A stretch of 63,032 nt of DNA from Bacteroidota bacterium (GTDB lineage: Bacteria > Bacteroidota > Ignavibacteria > UBA10030 > UBA8401), in the NCBI GenBank assembly GCA_019455105.1, contig JACFMZ010000003.1:4895-67926 (forward strand), read 5' to 3'. A program made the position numbers and the translations under genes. Numbering within the stretch: position 1 is the first letter of the stretch; each line of letters opens with the position of its first letter. Under the pieces are notes generated by a model. That model was given only the letters and a program-made list of their open reading frames with translations, ran no database searches and had not been told where the DNA came from. Shown here one piece after another: positions 36,292 to 45,931 of the stretch.

Positions 36292-36960
36292 TTATCCTTT
36301 CATTATTTCAAGAATGCTGGCAATCGGAACTTCCATTCCGTCAATCACAAAAACAGTTCCATCGGGTTTGAAGCGTACGCCGGAAACTTTTCCGACAAGA
36401 TACTGCACGGCGCTTAATTTATTATCGGAAGCATCGCGCGCATCAACTTGGAACGAATAATTACCGACAGCAATTTTTTCGCCGTTATCGTTCGTCCCGT
36501 CCCACTCTAAAGAATTATCGCCGCTGGAAGTATTACCGGAAATTGTTTTCACTAATTTTCCGTTTGTATCGAAAATTTTAATTTTTACCGAATCTGCCGC
36601 TGCAGCTAAATTATAACCCAGCGTAACATCTCCTTCACCGGTAAAGCGGAACGTGTCGGTGTTGGCGCGGACATTATGCCCGATAAAAGTTGCAGATAAC
36701 GCATTGTTAATCGATTGCGTTAAGTAGGCATTCGCATTCACTCCCTGCTGCGTTACCTCATTCAGATTCGTCAACTGTTCCAGCGAGCTGAATTGCGCAA
36801 GCTGTGCGGCAAACTCTGTTCCCTTCATCGGGTCCAGCGGATCTTGGTTTTTCATCTGCGTAACCAGCAGATTCAAAAAATCTTGTTTTCCTAACGTGTT
36901 TTGCGGCTTTCGCGATGTCGGAGAAATACTGTTTGAAACTTGAGCAATATCCATATTCAC
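36292..36960 (-). CDS. flgD: flagellar hook capping/assembly protein FlgD
   Basis: 'LGKQDFLNLLVTQMKNQDPLDPMKGTEFAAQLAQFSSLEQ' followed by an Ig-like FlgD C-terminus. Confidence 0.93.
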   Translation of the reverse strand: MNMDIAQVSNSISPTSRKPQNTLGKQDFLNLLVTQMKNQDPLDPMKGTEFAAQLAQFSSLEQLTNLNEVTQQGVNANAYLTQSINNALSATFIGHNVRANTDTFRFTGEGDVTLGYNLAAAADSVKIKIFDTNGKLVKTISGNTSSGDNSLEWDGTNDNGEKIAVGNYSFQVDARDASDNKLSAVQYLVGKVSGVRFKPDGTVFVIDGMEVPIASILEIMKG

Positions 36961-36963
36961 CTC

Positions 36964-38565
36964 TTACATTAAATATTCAACGGTATTGTAACCGTATAAT
37001 TTTGATTCATCGGCTTCGAACTTTTCCTGTTCTTCAAAGAACGTGCGGCTCGAAGAATGTTTCTGCTGTCTGTTCCCCTGCGAATGCTCTGCGGATGAAT
37101 TCAATGTTGTATAGATATCAATCTTATCGAGCGTTAATCCTTTTTCGGTCAGCGCGCTGCGCAGCATCGGAATATTTGCTTCGATAAGAGATTTTACCTG
37201 CGGCTGCTGCACATCAAGCTGTGTAGAAATTTTTCCTTCTTCCATTGTTACTTTAACATGCACTTCGCCGAGCAATTCCGGTTTTAAGATAATTTTTATC
37301 TGCGATTTTCCTTCATCAACCGATAAAGCAATTTGATTCGCCGTTTGTTTCATTATAGAAGAAGCCGTTTCAGATTTCTGCAGCAGCGTTTGCACATCAT
37401 GCAGTTTTGTTTGTTGAATTTCCGGCGACGCATGTTTTTCTGTCTGAATGTTGAACGGTATCTGCTCGCCGGCAGTTTTCTCCGTGCTATTTTTTACTTC
37501 TGCCGGACGGGAAACAAACGGCTCTCCCTCTTTTATAAATTCATTGTTCTTCGTTGCACTCTCTGAGGAAGAACTTACCTGAACTTTTTTAACTTCTATT
37601 CCCTCAAGTTTCAACTCCGGCGTTTCGTTTGTTTTTTCATTCTTTCTAATCTCCTGTGCAATTTCTTTTATCGGCTCCGAAGCAAGCGAGAGTTCTATCT
37701 TGCTGTTTTTTACAATTTTTTCTGTACTGTTTAATTCAGAATGCTGCCTGCTCGACTGAACTTGCTCAACCGATACTTTTTCCTCTTTCTCTTTAGTCGC
37801 AGCACGGTTTAACTTTTCAAGCTCCGGTGTTTTTATTTTTTGTTCACTATTATTTTTCTCGTTGAATGCCAATGATAGATTCGGAGATTCGCTCTTCTTT
37901 ACTTCCGTTTTCAACACCGTTTCGGAAATTACTGCCGCAACCGTCTGTTCATTCTTTTCAACGGAAGATTTTGCAGCCGCTACGTTTTCAATATTGTGAG
38001 AATTATTAATCGCCGTTCCTGCCGAAGCAATAACTCCTTCCGAAAAATCTAGCTGTATTTGAAGAAGTGCCGTTGTTGTTTCGCTGCTGTTTTTTATTTC
38101 ACCATTCTTTGTCTCAACCGTCTGCGCCGAAGGTGTTTCGCTGCTGTTTGCAGATTTTACTGATTTAATCTTTGGCGCTAAAACAACAGGCGTTTCGGTA
38201 ATAACCGGCGGTTTCAAAAACCCGAATTCTGTTTGAGAAGAATTTTGATTTTGAGCAGCAGGTTCCGCTCTGCCGAAAAGCATTCGAAAAATATTTTTCT
38301 CATCCTTCGCCGTAAGATGTTCTGGCTCTGCAGCCGCTTCTTCTTCTCCCGGATTTACATCAGGCGGTACAGGCGATTGTTTGTGTTTCGGGTTTATGCT
38401 GTTCAACTGATTTTTCGTTAACATCTGCATCAATAGCGGCGAAAATTCAGAAACACCGGCTTCAGCTTCTGCCTTCGATGAATTTTCCGATTCTGCCGGC
38501 TTCACGAATCCGAAAAGAATCGATTTTAATTTGTTTCCGAGCGAATCTGAACCAAGATTTATCAT
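36964..38565 (-). CDS. fliK: flagellar hook-length control protein FliK
   Basis: Low-complexity Ser/Glu/Lys-rich body. C-terminal Flg_hook-type region 'IKIILKPELLGEVHVKVTMEEGKISTQLDVQQPQVKSLIE'. Confidence 0.8.
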   Translation of the reverse strand: MINLGSDSLGNKLKSILFGFVKPAESENSSKAEAEAGVSEFSPLLMQMLTKNQLNSINPKHKQSPVPPDVNPGEEEAAAEPEHLTAKDEKNIFRMLFGRAEPAAQNQNSSQTEFGFLKPPVITETPVVLAPKIKSVKSANSSETPSAQTVETKNGEIKNSSETTTALLQIQLDFSEGVIASAGTAINNSHNIENVAAAKSSVEKNEQTVAAVISETVLKTEVKKSESPNLSLAFNEKNNSEQKIKTPELEKLNRAATKEKEEKVSVEQVQSSRQHSELNSTEKIVKNSKIELSLASEPIKEIAQEIRKNEKTNETPELKLEGIEVKKVQVSSSSESATKNNEFIKEGEPFVSRPAEVKNSTEKTAGEQIPFNIQTEKHASPEIQQTKLHDVQTLLQKSETASSIMKQTANQIALSVDEGKSQIKIILKPELLGEVHVKVTMEEGKISTQLDVQQPQVKSLIEANIPMLRSALTEKGLTLDKIDIYTTLNSSAEHSQGNRQQKHSSSRTFFEEQEKFEADESKLYGYNTVEYLM

Positions 38566-38568
38566 GCT

Positions 38569-39024
38569 TCACCTTAATAATTTTGCAGCGCGTTTGGGTT
38601 CTAACGTTGCCAGAATCTTTGCAGCGGTTTTTTTTCTCATACCGGATAAGATTCCTTTGGCTTCGGTATCATTCATTGTTTGAATAATTTTTGATGCATC
38701 ATCAACATTCATTGCCTCTAAAATTTTTGCCCGCTGCGAATAATCCGGCGACGGCGCGGTATTTTTCTGCTGTTCCGGAGCAGCGCTTTTTTCTTCTTTC
38801 TTCACTTCTACGACCTTTACCGGCTCTTCGGATTTTATTGAATCGAGTTTCACCGTTTCCGTTGTTTTCAGCGTTTCTGTTGAATCCGCCGGTTCCGTTT
38901 TTTTCTGCTCTTCGTTCTGAACGCCGAACAATTCCGGTTTATTAATCATCAATCCGTACATAACGCCGGTAAGTAGAAGCAGACTGAAAAACGAACCGAC
39001 GATAAGTATCAAAAACGGCTTCAT
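38569..39024 (-). CDS. YlxF/FlbB-like flagellar protein (MgtE-N-like helical region)
   Basis: N-terminal TM segment. C-terminal 'KILEAMNVDDASKIIQTMNDTEAKGILSGMRKKTAAKILATLEP'. Position between fliJ and fliK, as for Bacillus ylxF. Confidence 0.45.
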   Translation of the reverse strand: MKPFLILIVGSFFSLLLLTGVMYGLMINKPELFGVQNEEQKKTEPADSTETLKTTETVKLDSIKSEEPVKVVEVKKEEKSAAPEQQKNTAPSPDYSQRAKILEAMNVDDASKIIQTMNDTEAKGILSGMRKKTAAKILATLEPKRAAKLLR

Positions 39025-39026
39025 AG

Positions 39027-39461
39027 CTATTTCACGCCTCCGCGCTGACTCAGCATATCAATGGTCTGCTGTTCTTTGTGATTTTGTTCTTTCATGATTT
39101 CTTCAGTGAGTTTTTCTTTTAATTTTTCCACAACATTTTTCGCCTTCACCCGTTCCAGCAATTCTTCGCGTTTTGTTTCTTCTTTCGATTCAATTTCTTT
39201 TAAGTGTTCTTCCTTCTTTTGAATGCTGTCGGAAAGTTTTTCGATAAATGCGCGGTGCGTCTGCAATTCCTGGGCATTTGCCTTGTGCGAATAAGTTTCG
39301 CCCTCCAGCACGCGTTCCTGTTCGCTTTTCATCGTTGTCAGCTGATCAATGTTCGACTGCTTCTCATTTAAAATTTTCTGCAATTCTCTTGTTGCCGCTT
39401 TTTTTTGATGATCTCGTACCGAAATAATGGTATCGAATCGTGTTGACCGATTAACTTTCAT
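39027..39461 (-). CDS. fliJ: flagellar export chaperone/stalk protein FliJ
   Basis: 144-aa coiled-coil protein immediately downstream of fliI. Confidence 0.65.
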   Translation of the reverse strand: MKVNRSTRFDTIISVRDHQKKAATRELQKILNEKQSNIDQLTTMKSEQERVLEGETYSHKANAQELQTHRAFIEKLSDSIQKKEEHLKEIESKEETKREELLERVKAKNVVEKLKEKLTEEIMKEQNHKEQQTIDMLSQRGGVK

Positions 39462-39470
39462 AATTTCCCG

Positions 39471-40823
39471 TTATTGTTGTGTTATCACTGCTTCTAAATA
39501 GGCAATGCTTTCTTCGATCGATGTTTTTTCTTCCCGCTTTTGTTTTAAAAATGTTCTGTATGTATCAATGCGTTTTACTGCTTCATCAATTTTTGAATTA
39601 CTTCCCTTGGCATACGCGCCGATGTTTATTAAATCTTCCGCTTCACGATACGTTGCCAGCGTATCTAAAAACTGATGCACGTGAGTCCGCTGTTTTTCCG
39701 ATGTTACCGAAGTCATAACGCGGCTGATACTGTTGAGCACATCAATTGCCGGATATTGTCCGGCTGACGCCAGCCGCCGGGAGAGAACAATGTGTCCGTC
39801 CAGTATCGAGCGCACGGTATCGGCAACCGGATCGTTCATATCATCTCCTTCCACCAGAACCGTAAATAAGCCGGTAATGCTGCCGTTTTTTGAAGTTCCC
39901 GCCCGCTCAAGCACTTTCGGCAGAAGCGCAAACACCGAAGGCGTATAACCTTTTGTGGTCGGCGGTTCGCCGATAGCAAGGCCTACTTCGCGCTGCGCCA
40001 TGGCAAGGCGCGTAATGGAATCCATCATGAGCATTACATTCAAATTCTTATCGCGAAAATATTCTGCTATGGTCATTGCCAGAAGCACTGCTTTAATTCT
40101 AATCAGCGCGGCTTGGTCGCTGGTGGCAACAATAACAACCGAGCGCTTCAGTCCTTCTTCCGTTAATTCGTGATCAATAAATTCTCCCACTTCGCGTCCG
40201 CGCTCGCCCACCAGACAAATAACATTCACATCGGCATTTGTTGTTCGCGCAATCATTCCGAGTGTAACGCTTTTTCCGACGCCGCTTCCGGCAAAGATAC
40301 CGACACGCTGTCCTTTACCAATGGTCAGCAGCGAATCAATAGAACGAATTCCGGTTGAAATCGGCTGAGTAATTCTTTTTCGTTCCAGCGGATTGGGAGG
40401 CGCATTGTAAATACTTCGTTCTTCTGTTGAAAGAATCGGTCCTTTGTTGTCAATCGGGTTTCCTAATCCGTCCAGCACTCTTCCCAGAAGCGATGTTCCG
40501 ACATGCGCAAATAATGTTTTGCCGGTTGAAACAATTTCGCAGCCGGGGCTTATACTGGCGGCTTCGCCGAGCACCATTGAAAGAACGCTCCGCTCCCGAA
40601 ATCCCACTACTTCCGCTTTACAAATTTCAAACCCTTCTTTGGATTTAATAATACAGACTTCGCCGATGGAAGCATGCGGGCCGGTTGATTCAATTAATAA
40701 CCCTATCACTTTTGTTATTCTTCCGTTCACCTTAAGAAGATCTGCAACGCGGATGCGCTTTGCGTACCATTCCGTCCGCTGAACAAATTCCTGAATCCGT
40801 TCTTGTTGGTATTGGTCAATCAT
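39471..40823 (-). CDS. fliI: flagellum-specific ATPase FliI
   Basis: Walker A 'GIFAGSGVGKSVTLGMIA', Walker B 'VMLMMDSITR'. F1/T3SS ATPase fold pattern. Confidence 0.97.
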   Translation of the reverse strand: MIDQYQQERIQEFVQRTEWYAKRIRVADLLKVNGRITKVIGLLIESTGPHASIGEVCIIKSKEGFEICKAEVVGFRERSVLSMVLGEAASISPGCEIVSTGKTLFAHVGTSLLGRVLDGLGNPIDNKGPILSTEERSIYNAPPNPLERKRITQPISTGIRSIDSLLTIGKGQRVGIFAGSGVGKSVTLGMIARTTNADVNVICLVGERGREVGEFIDHELTEEGLKRSVVIVATSDQAALIRIKAVLLAMTIAEYFRDKNLNVMLMMDSITRLAMAQREVGLAIGEPPTTKGYTPSVFALLPKVLERAGTSKNGSITGLFTVLVEGDDMNDPVADTVRSILDGHIVLSRRLASAGQYPAIDVLNSISRVMTSVTSEKQRTHVHQFLDTLATYREAEDLINIGAYAKGSNSKIDEAVKRIDTYRTFLKQKREEKTSIEESIAYLEAVITQQ

Positions 40824-40828
40824 TTTGT

Positions 40829-41167
40829 TTACGATACAAATCCGACTGATTCTTTTTCAGCAAAGAAATCAATAATCAGTTCTAGTTTTTCAAACGGCGT
40901 AAAGAAAAAATATTTTTCGGCAAATGCCAGCGTTTCAAAAGCCGCCGGTGCACAGCTCCCTTCATACAGCCGGCAGATGCCGCCGCCGCTCCGATTTGCT
41001 ACGGTATGATGCAGCAAGGAAAGGAAAACATCGAACGAAACACAGACTGTTTTAATCTCTGAGTTTTGCATTAACAAGCCCGTGCTGAGCCGGATAATGT
41101 ATTCTTCCCATTGTTTTCCCGCTTCAACGCATTTACAGTTTACTTCAACCGGTTGTAATGAATTCAT
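40829..41167 (-). CDS. uncharacterised 112-aa protein between fliH and fliI
   Basis: ATG at 41167 lies 13 nt after the fliH stop, with GGGGAAA upstream. The ORF ends 5 nt before the fliI start. Five Cys residues. I recognise no family motif. Confidence 0.5.
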   Translation of the reverse strand: MNSLQPVEVNCKCVEAGKQWEEYIIRLSTGLLMQNSEIKTVCVSFDVFLSLLHHTVANRSGGGICRLYEGSCAPAAFETLAFAEKYFFFTPFEKLELIIDFFAEKESVGFVS

Positions 41168-41180
41168 ATAATTTTCCCCG

Positions 41181-41864
41181 TTAATGATATGAATTGTTAA
41201 TAATTGATCGAACCTGTTCGATCTGAGTGGCAATACGCGCATCCACATTTCCGATATCGCTTTCCAGAATGCAGCCGCCTCGTTCAATTGCCGGATCGTC
41301 TAGAAATGTAATTTCACGCAGTGATTCCGACGCTGACTGCAGCGTATGTTTCTTTTCACGAAACAGCGCCGCATCTTGAGGATTTAACGAAATGGTAATT
41401 TTTTCTATGCCGATAATTTTTCGAATGCCGTCTTTAATAATCTGTTCAATAATTGAAGTATCAATCTGCACTTCTTTACGAATAATATTTTCCGCAACGG
41501 CGAGAGAAAAATTTGTTAATGCTTTTTCTACATCCGGACCGGCAAGCGCCAGACGCTGTTGAAGAGTTTCCATTAATGCCGTTAAGCGATCATGCTCTTG
41601 GGCAATTCGTCCGTTATATTCCTGCTGAAGTAATTCAGCCGCTCTCCGGTTTCCTTCTTCAATTCCGCGCTGAAATGCTTCATTCACCGCCTGTTCATCA
41701 TAAATCGGCGAAATAGAAGAAAATACTTTTTCATTGTTTCTCACTTCTTCTTCCGCCGTTCCGTTCATCGGTTCTGTTTCCTGCTCGGTCTGCACAACGG
41801 GAAAGCGGAGAATTTTAACGCTGGCTGCATTACGCTGAATTTTAATTGTCTCAGACGATGACAT
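41181..41864 (-). CDS. fliH: flagellar export ATPase regulator FliH
   Basis: Start set at ATG 41864, with GGAGGAG 7 nt upstream. Glu/Gln-rich helical centre. C-terminal 'IERGGCILESDIGNVDARIATQIEQV' FliH/YscL pattern. Confidence 0.85.
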   Translation of the reverse strand: MSSSETIKIQRNAASVKILRFPVVQTEQETEPMNGTAEEEVRNNEKVFSSISPIYDEQAVNEAFQRGIEEGNRRAAELLQQEYNGRIAQEHDRLTALMETLQQRLALAGPDVEKALTNFSLAVAENIIRKEVQIDTSIIEQIIKDGIRKIIGIEKITISLNPQDAALFREKKHTLQSASESLREITFLDDPAIERGGCILESDIGNVDARIATQIEQVRSIINNSYH

Positions 41865-42864
41865 CTTCAACTCCTCCTCTGCCGGCAACAATAATTTCTC
41901 CGTTTTCTTCCAATTGTTTTACAATTAACACAATGCGGGTCTGCGCGGATTCTACTTCTTTTAATCTGACCGGACCCATAAATTGTAATTCTTCTTTCAG
42001 CATTTCCTGCGCTCGTTCGGACATATTTTTGAGAATTTTTTCTTTCAGTTTTTCATCGGCAACCTTTAATGAAAGCGCAAGATCTTTTTTATCAATTTCC
42101 CGAAGAATACGCTGAATGCTTCTGTCATCTACATACAGCAGATCTTCAAACAGGAACATCAGCCGTTTTATTTCCATCGCCAGATTTGCATCTTGTTGAT
42201 CGATAAATTCTAAAATTTGTTTTGCCGTAACGGTGTTAATTTTATTCAGCACGCTTGCCACAGATTTTGTTCCGCCTAAAGAAGAAATGCTTTGGCTGAT
42301 TTCGGCTTCCGCAACATTGGTGAGCACTTCTTCGATTTCCGATACAAGCGAGGGAGAAACTTTTCCGAGTGTTGCCATGCGCACCACCACTTCATTCCGC
42401 AGTTCTTCATTCAGCTCACCGAGAATTTTTGCCGTTTGATCCAGTGTTAAGTTCGAAAGAACCAGTGCAATAGTCTGCGGATGTTCTTTTTGCAGAAAGC
42501 TGGCAATCTGCTGGCTGTCCGCTTTTTTCAAAATGCCGAAGCCGGAAACCTGCGTCAGCGAGCGCACTTTATCCATAATATTTTTTGCCTGTACAGTACC
42601 GAGCGAACTTTCGAGAAGTTTTTGCGCCTGTTCAATACCGCCTTGAATAATATATTCACGCGCTTTAATGAGATTGTGAAATTCTTCATTCACCTCATCC
42701 AATTGATTGGAATGTGCCCCGCGCATATTGGAAATTTCAATAGTTAAATTTTCCACTTCATCCTGCGAGAGACCGCGCATGAGACTTGTTGCGGTTTCAA
42801 CATCCAGCGACATCATTAAAATCGCTGCTTTCTGTTTGTTCGTTAAGACTCGTTCTGCTTTCAT
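41851..42864 (-). CDS. fliG: flagellar rotor/switch protein FliG
   Basis: 'KAAILMMSLDVETATSLMRGL' and 'MFLFEDL...DDRSIQRILREIDKKDLALSLK' are present. Confidence 0.95.
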   Translation of the reverse strand: MKAERVLTNKQKAAILMMSLDVETATSLMRGLSQDEVENLTIEISNMRGAHSNQLDEVNEEFHNLIKAREYIIQGGIEQAQKLLESSLGTVQAKNIMDKVRSLTQVSGFGILKKADSQQIASFLQKEHPQTIALVLSNLTLDQTAKILGELNEELRNEVVVRMATLGKVSPSLVSEIEEVLTNVAEAEISQSISSLGGTKSVASVLNKINTVTAKQILEFIDQQDANLAMEIKRLMFLFEDLLYVDDRSIQRILREIDKKDLALSLKVADEKLKEKILKNMSERAQEMLKEELQFMGPVRLKEVESAQTRIVLIVKQLEENGEIIVAGRGGVEDVIV

Positions 42865-42870
42865 ACGTTT

Positions 42871-44406
42871 TTACACTTGTACGTCATCTGCTAACCAGAC
42901 TTTAATCAAGCGGGTTGCATCGTCGGTATTTTTCTTTATATAGTCAGCAATCTGTTCTTTGCGCTGCGTTTTTAACAATACTTCTTCCGAAATTTCTTCT
43001 TCCACCGGCGGCAGATGCAGTGTTTTCCCTTTTAACGCTCCGGACTCGTTAACATCCTGATCAACGTCATCGCTCCATTGCGAATTACGAACCTGCACTT
43101 TGAACTTCACTTTATTTAATAACGACCGGACGATAACAATTGCCGTAATCATTGCAAGGGCAAGAACAATCTTCACAATTAAATTCTGCATATTGTCATT
43201 CGTTGTATTGTTCGTCAGCAGTCCGTCGTTTGTATCTTCGCGGAACGAAACATTTACAACCGAAATATCATCATTGCGCTGCGAATCAAAGCCGACCGCC
43301 TTTTTCACAATTTCTTCAAGCTGCGACATTTCCTGCGGATCACGCGGTTTGTATTCTGTTGATTTTTCTCCGTTCACTTCTTTCGTTACCGATTTATCAT
43401 TCACCATAGCGGCAATAGAAAGGCGCTTAACATTTCCGACATTTTCTATAATATGTTCAACGGTTTTATTGACTTCATAATTTGTTACGCTGTTGGAATG
43501 TGTTGAAGGGGGAAGCGAATCCCGCAGCACGGATTTATCTTCCGAAGTTTGTTCGCTTCGAACTGCCGTTTTCTCCGGATCGTACAATTCTGAATTTCGT
43601 TCAACCCGGCGGAAATCAAGTTCCGCATTCACCTGCACAACGGAATTACCCATTCCCAGCGCGCTGTTTAACATGGACTGCGCTTTGGATGCCAGATACG
43701 TTTCCACTTTCTGCTGCAATTCATACTGCGTTGAAGTCAGCGATGCCAGAGAATTTTGCCGGTTTGTTTCCGAAAGAATATTTCCGCGCGTATCAAGAAT
43801 AGTGACATTCTCCGATTCTAATCCTTCAACGCTGCTTGCCACCAGATGCGCAATTCCCTGCGCGGCATCACGGCGAAGCGGCTTTCCGGTTTTTAATTTT
43901 AACACTACGGAAGCAGTAGTCGGTTTTTCATCTTCTTTAAACAGCGCTTTTTCCGGCGATACAATATGAACGCGCACTCCTTCAACTTCATCAAGATTCA
44001 AGATTGTCCGCGACAGCTCGCCTTCTAAAGCACGCCGGTAATTAACTTTTTGCACAAAATCCGAAACGCCGAAATTTGTCCGGTCGAAAATTTCATAACC
44101 AATTAAGCTTTGGTTCGGCAGTCCGGAAGAAGCAAGATCAAGGCGAAGTTCATACAACTGCTGTTTGGGAACAAGAATTGTTTTGCCGCCGTCTTCCAGC
44201 GAATACGGAACCGATTTTTCTTTTAACGACTGAACAATTTTTGAAGCATCCTGCTCGTTCAGGTTGGAAAATAAAATTCCGTAACTCGGTTTATTAAAAA
44301 CCGTCACCAGCAGAATAAGAGCCGTTAACGCGGCGGCAGAAACGGCGGCAATAATAAATTTTTGCCGCGGAGTGAAACGCTGGAACAACACTGCTAATTG
44401 GTTCAT
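42871..44406 (-). CDS. fliF: flagellar MS-ring protein FliF
   Basis: 511 aa. N-terminal TM segment, 'LDLASSGLP', 'ELSRTILNLDEVEGVRVHIV', C-terminal TM segment. Confidence 0.95.
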   Translation of the reverse strand: MNQLAVLFQRFTPRQKFIIAAVSAAALTALILLVTVFNKPSYGILFSNLNEQDASKIVQSLKEKSVPYSLEDGGKTILVPKQQLYELRLDLASSGLPNQSLIGYEIFDRTNFGVSDFVQKVNYRRALEGELSRTILNLDEVEGVRVHIVSPEKALFKEDEKPTTASVVLKLKTGKPLRRDAAQGIAHLVASSVEGLESENVTILDTRGNILSETNRQNSLASLTSTQYELQQKVETYLASKAQSMLNSALGMGNSVVQVNAELDFRRVERNSELYDPEKTAVRSEQTSEDKSVLRDSLPPSTHSNSVTNYEVNKTVEHIIENVGNVKRLSIAAMVNDKSVTKEVNGEKSTEYKPRDPQEMSQLEEIVKKAVGFDSQRNDDISVVNVSFREDTNDGLLTNNTTNDNMQNLIVKIVLALAMITAIVIVRSLLNKVKFKVQVRNSQWSDDVDQDVNESGALKGKTLHLPPVEEEISEEVLLKTQRKEQIADYIKKNTDDATRLIKVWLADDVQV

Positions 44407-44408
44407 AC

Positions 44409-44717
44409 TTAAACCTGCATCCTCATAATTTCACGATACATATCAATTGTTTTGTTGCGTATTTCCATTAACAGATCGAAACTGGTTCGGGCTTTTTCTA
44501 CGGCAATCATTACTTCGTGAAGATCAGAAGCTTCGCCGGTAACCATTTTTTCAATCGCTTTGCCGGCTTCATTTTGCAGATCGTTCACATCCGTAATAGT
44601 TTTGGAAAGCACTTCGCCGAACGATTGCTGTGTAGATTGCAGCGCTTTATCAACCGCTTTCTTTGATACCGTCTGTTGAACATCCGGAAGCAGCGCCAGT
44701 CCTTGGCTGATTTTCAT
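44409..44717 (-). CDS. fliE: flagellar hook-basal body protein FliE
   Basis: C-terminus 'LHEVMIAVEKARTSFDLLMEIRNKTIDMYREIMRMQV'. Confidence 0.93.
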   Translation of the reverse strand: MKISQGLALLPDVQQTVSKKAVDKALQSTQQSFGEVLSKTITDVNDLQNEAGKAIEKMVTGEASDLHEVMIAVEKARTSFDLLMEIRNKTIDMYREIMRMQV

Positions 44718-44719
44718 AA

Positions 44720-45001
44720 CTATCCTCGCGCGTCGATAATGGTTCCGAGCGCCACGTGTTTTTTCATTCCGCCGGGGCTGTACGCGGCGTAAGAACGAAT
44801 CTCTTCCGTTGCGTCGGGAAAAAGTTTTTCAAAATATTTTTTTTCTTCAGGAGTAATTACTTCCTGACCGCCGACTGCGGAATTTTCTTTCAGCATTTCC
44901 GTAAACGGCACGGCGCCCGGCGCCGCAGTATTTTTCTTAATCACCGAAGTCTGCATTGACTGCAGTGAAGCACCGGCGGGCTGTATTGATTGTATTGACA
45001 T
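44720..45001 (-). CDS. uncharacterised 93-aa protein between flgC and fliE
   Basis: Tightly packed, with 2-nt gaps on both sides. No TM segment and no recognised motif. Confidence 0.5.
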   Translation of the reverse strand: MSIQSIQPAGASLQSMQTSVIKKNTAAPGAVPFTEMLKENSAVGGQEVITPEEKKYFEKLFPDATEEIRSYAAYSPGGMKKHVALGTIIDARG

Positions 45002-45003
45002 TG

Positions 45004-45501
45004 TTATATCTCCAGACTGTCTTTTGCCATTGATTTTGATGCGTTAATTGCGGTAACGTTTGCTTCGTACGAACGCGTTGCGGAAATCATATCCACCATT
45101 TCGGTTACCACATTCACATTCGGCATTTGCACATAGCCTTCTTCGTTGGCATCGGGATGACTCGGATCGTACACCATTTTGAACGGAGAAGCGTCAACAT
45201 CTTCATTCGCTTCAACGCCGCTGGCTAAGGAACCGTTATCAACTCCGCTTTCCGCGGCAAACGAAAAATGATTTTTATTTGTTGCTTCTAATTGAAAAGA
45301 ATTTTTTGTAACCATTGAGGCAAAATCTTTTCCCTGCTGCTCGCTCATGTGAACAACCTTACGAACATACGGTCCGCCTTCTTCGGTGCGTGTTGTCTCG
45401 GCATTGGCAATATTTGACGCAATGGCATTCATTTTTTTTCGCTGCGCCGTAAGCCCTTTTGCGCTGATATTTAATCCCGCAAATATTCGATCAATATTCA
45501 T
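45004..45501 (-). CDS. flgC: flagellar proximal rod protein FlgC
   Basis: 'LNISAKGLTAQRKKMNAIASNIANAETTRT' and 'NVNVVTEMVDMISATRSYEAN'. Confidence 0.95.
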   Translation of the reverse strand: MNIDRIFAGLNISAKGLTAQRKKMNAIASNIANAETTRTEEGGPYVRKVVHMSEQQGKDFASMVTKNSFQLEATNKNHFSFAAESGVDNGSLASGVEANEDVDASPFKMVYDPSHPDANEEGYVQMPNVNVVTEMVDMISATRSYEANVTAINASKSMAKDSLEI

Positions 45502-45920
45502 AATGTCCCCTTAATACTTTTTTCTATTCCCATAAATGTTGAACTGAGCAGCCGCGAAGCATACTTAAACCGGATTTGATTTTTTGCCAGCTCCGCCATT
45601 TCTGTATCAATATCCACATCGTTGATTCCGCTCATCATTTCATTATTATCCGCAGCATTTTTATTTTCTTGAACAATGGAAATTCCATCTTTGCCGGCAA
45701 GACTTTCAGCGCTGGAAAGATGCCCTTTGTTCGTTGTTTCCATTTGCAGCGAAGAACCCTGCATGGTTTGATTCAAAAGATTTTCAAACTCTACGCTTTT
45801 CGATTTATATCCCGGCGTTCCGATATTGGCAATATTCGACGAGGAAACTTTCTGACGAAGCGCATACGCATCCAGCGCTTTTGAAAGCAGCGGAATTTTT
45901 GTTTCTTCAAACATGCTCAT
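45498..45920 (-). CDS. flgB: flagellar proximal rod protein FlgB
   Basis: 'LDAYALRQKVSSSNIANIGTPGYK', C-terminal 'EMAELAKNQIRFKYASRLL'. GGAGAAG Shine-Dalgarno sequence. Confidence 0.93.
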   Translation of the reverse strand: MSMFEETKIPLLSKALDAYALRQKVSSSNIANIGTPGYKSKSVEFENLLNQTMQGSSLQMETTNKGHLSSAESLAGKDGISIVQENKNAADNNEMMSGINDVDIDTEMAELAKNQIRFKYASRLLSSTFMGIEKSIKGTL

Positions 45921-45931
45921 TGTTCTTCTCC

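Noticed and set aside
43681-43700. Additional partial sigma-54-like strings inside coding regions. Examples: TGGCATCCAAAGCGC in fliF, TGGCGTTTGTGCAGC in flgN upstream of flgK, and TGGCGTTGTTTTTGT upstream of fliA.
   Set aside because: Each has two or more mismatches, including in the TTGC -12 block. Strings of this quality are expected by chance at this sequence length, so I did not call them.
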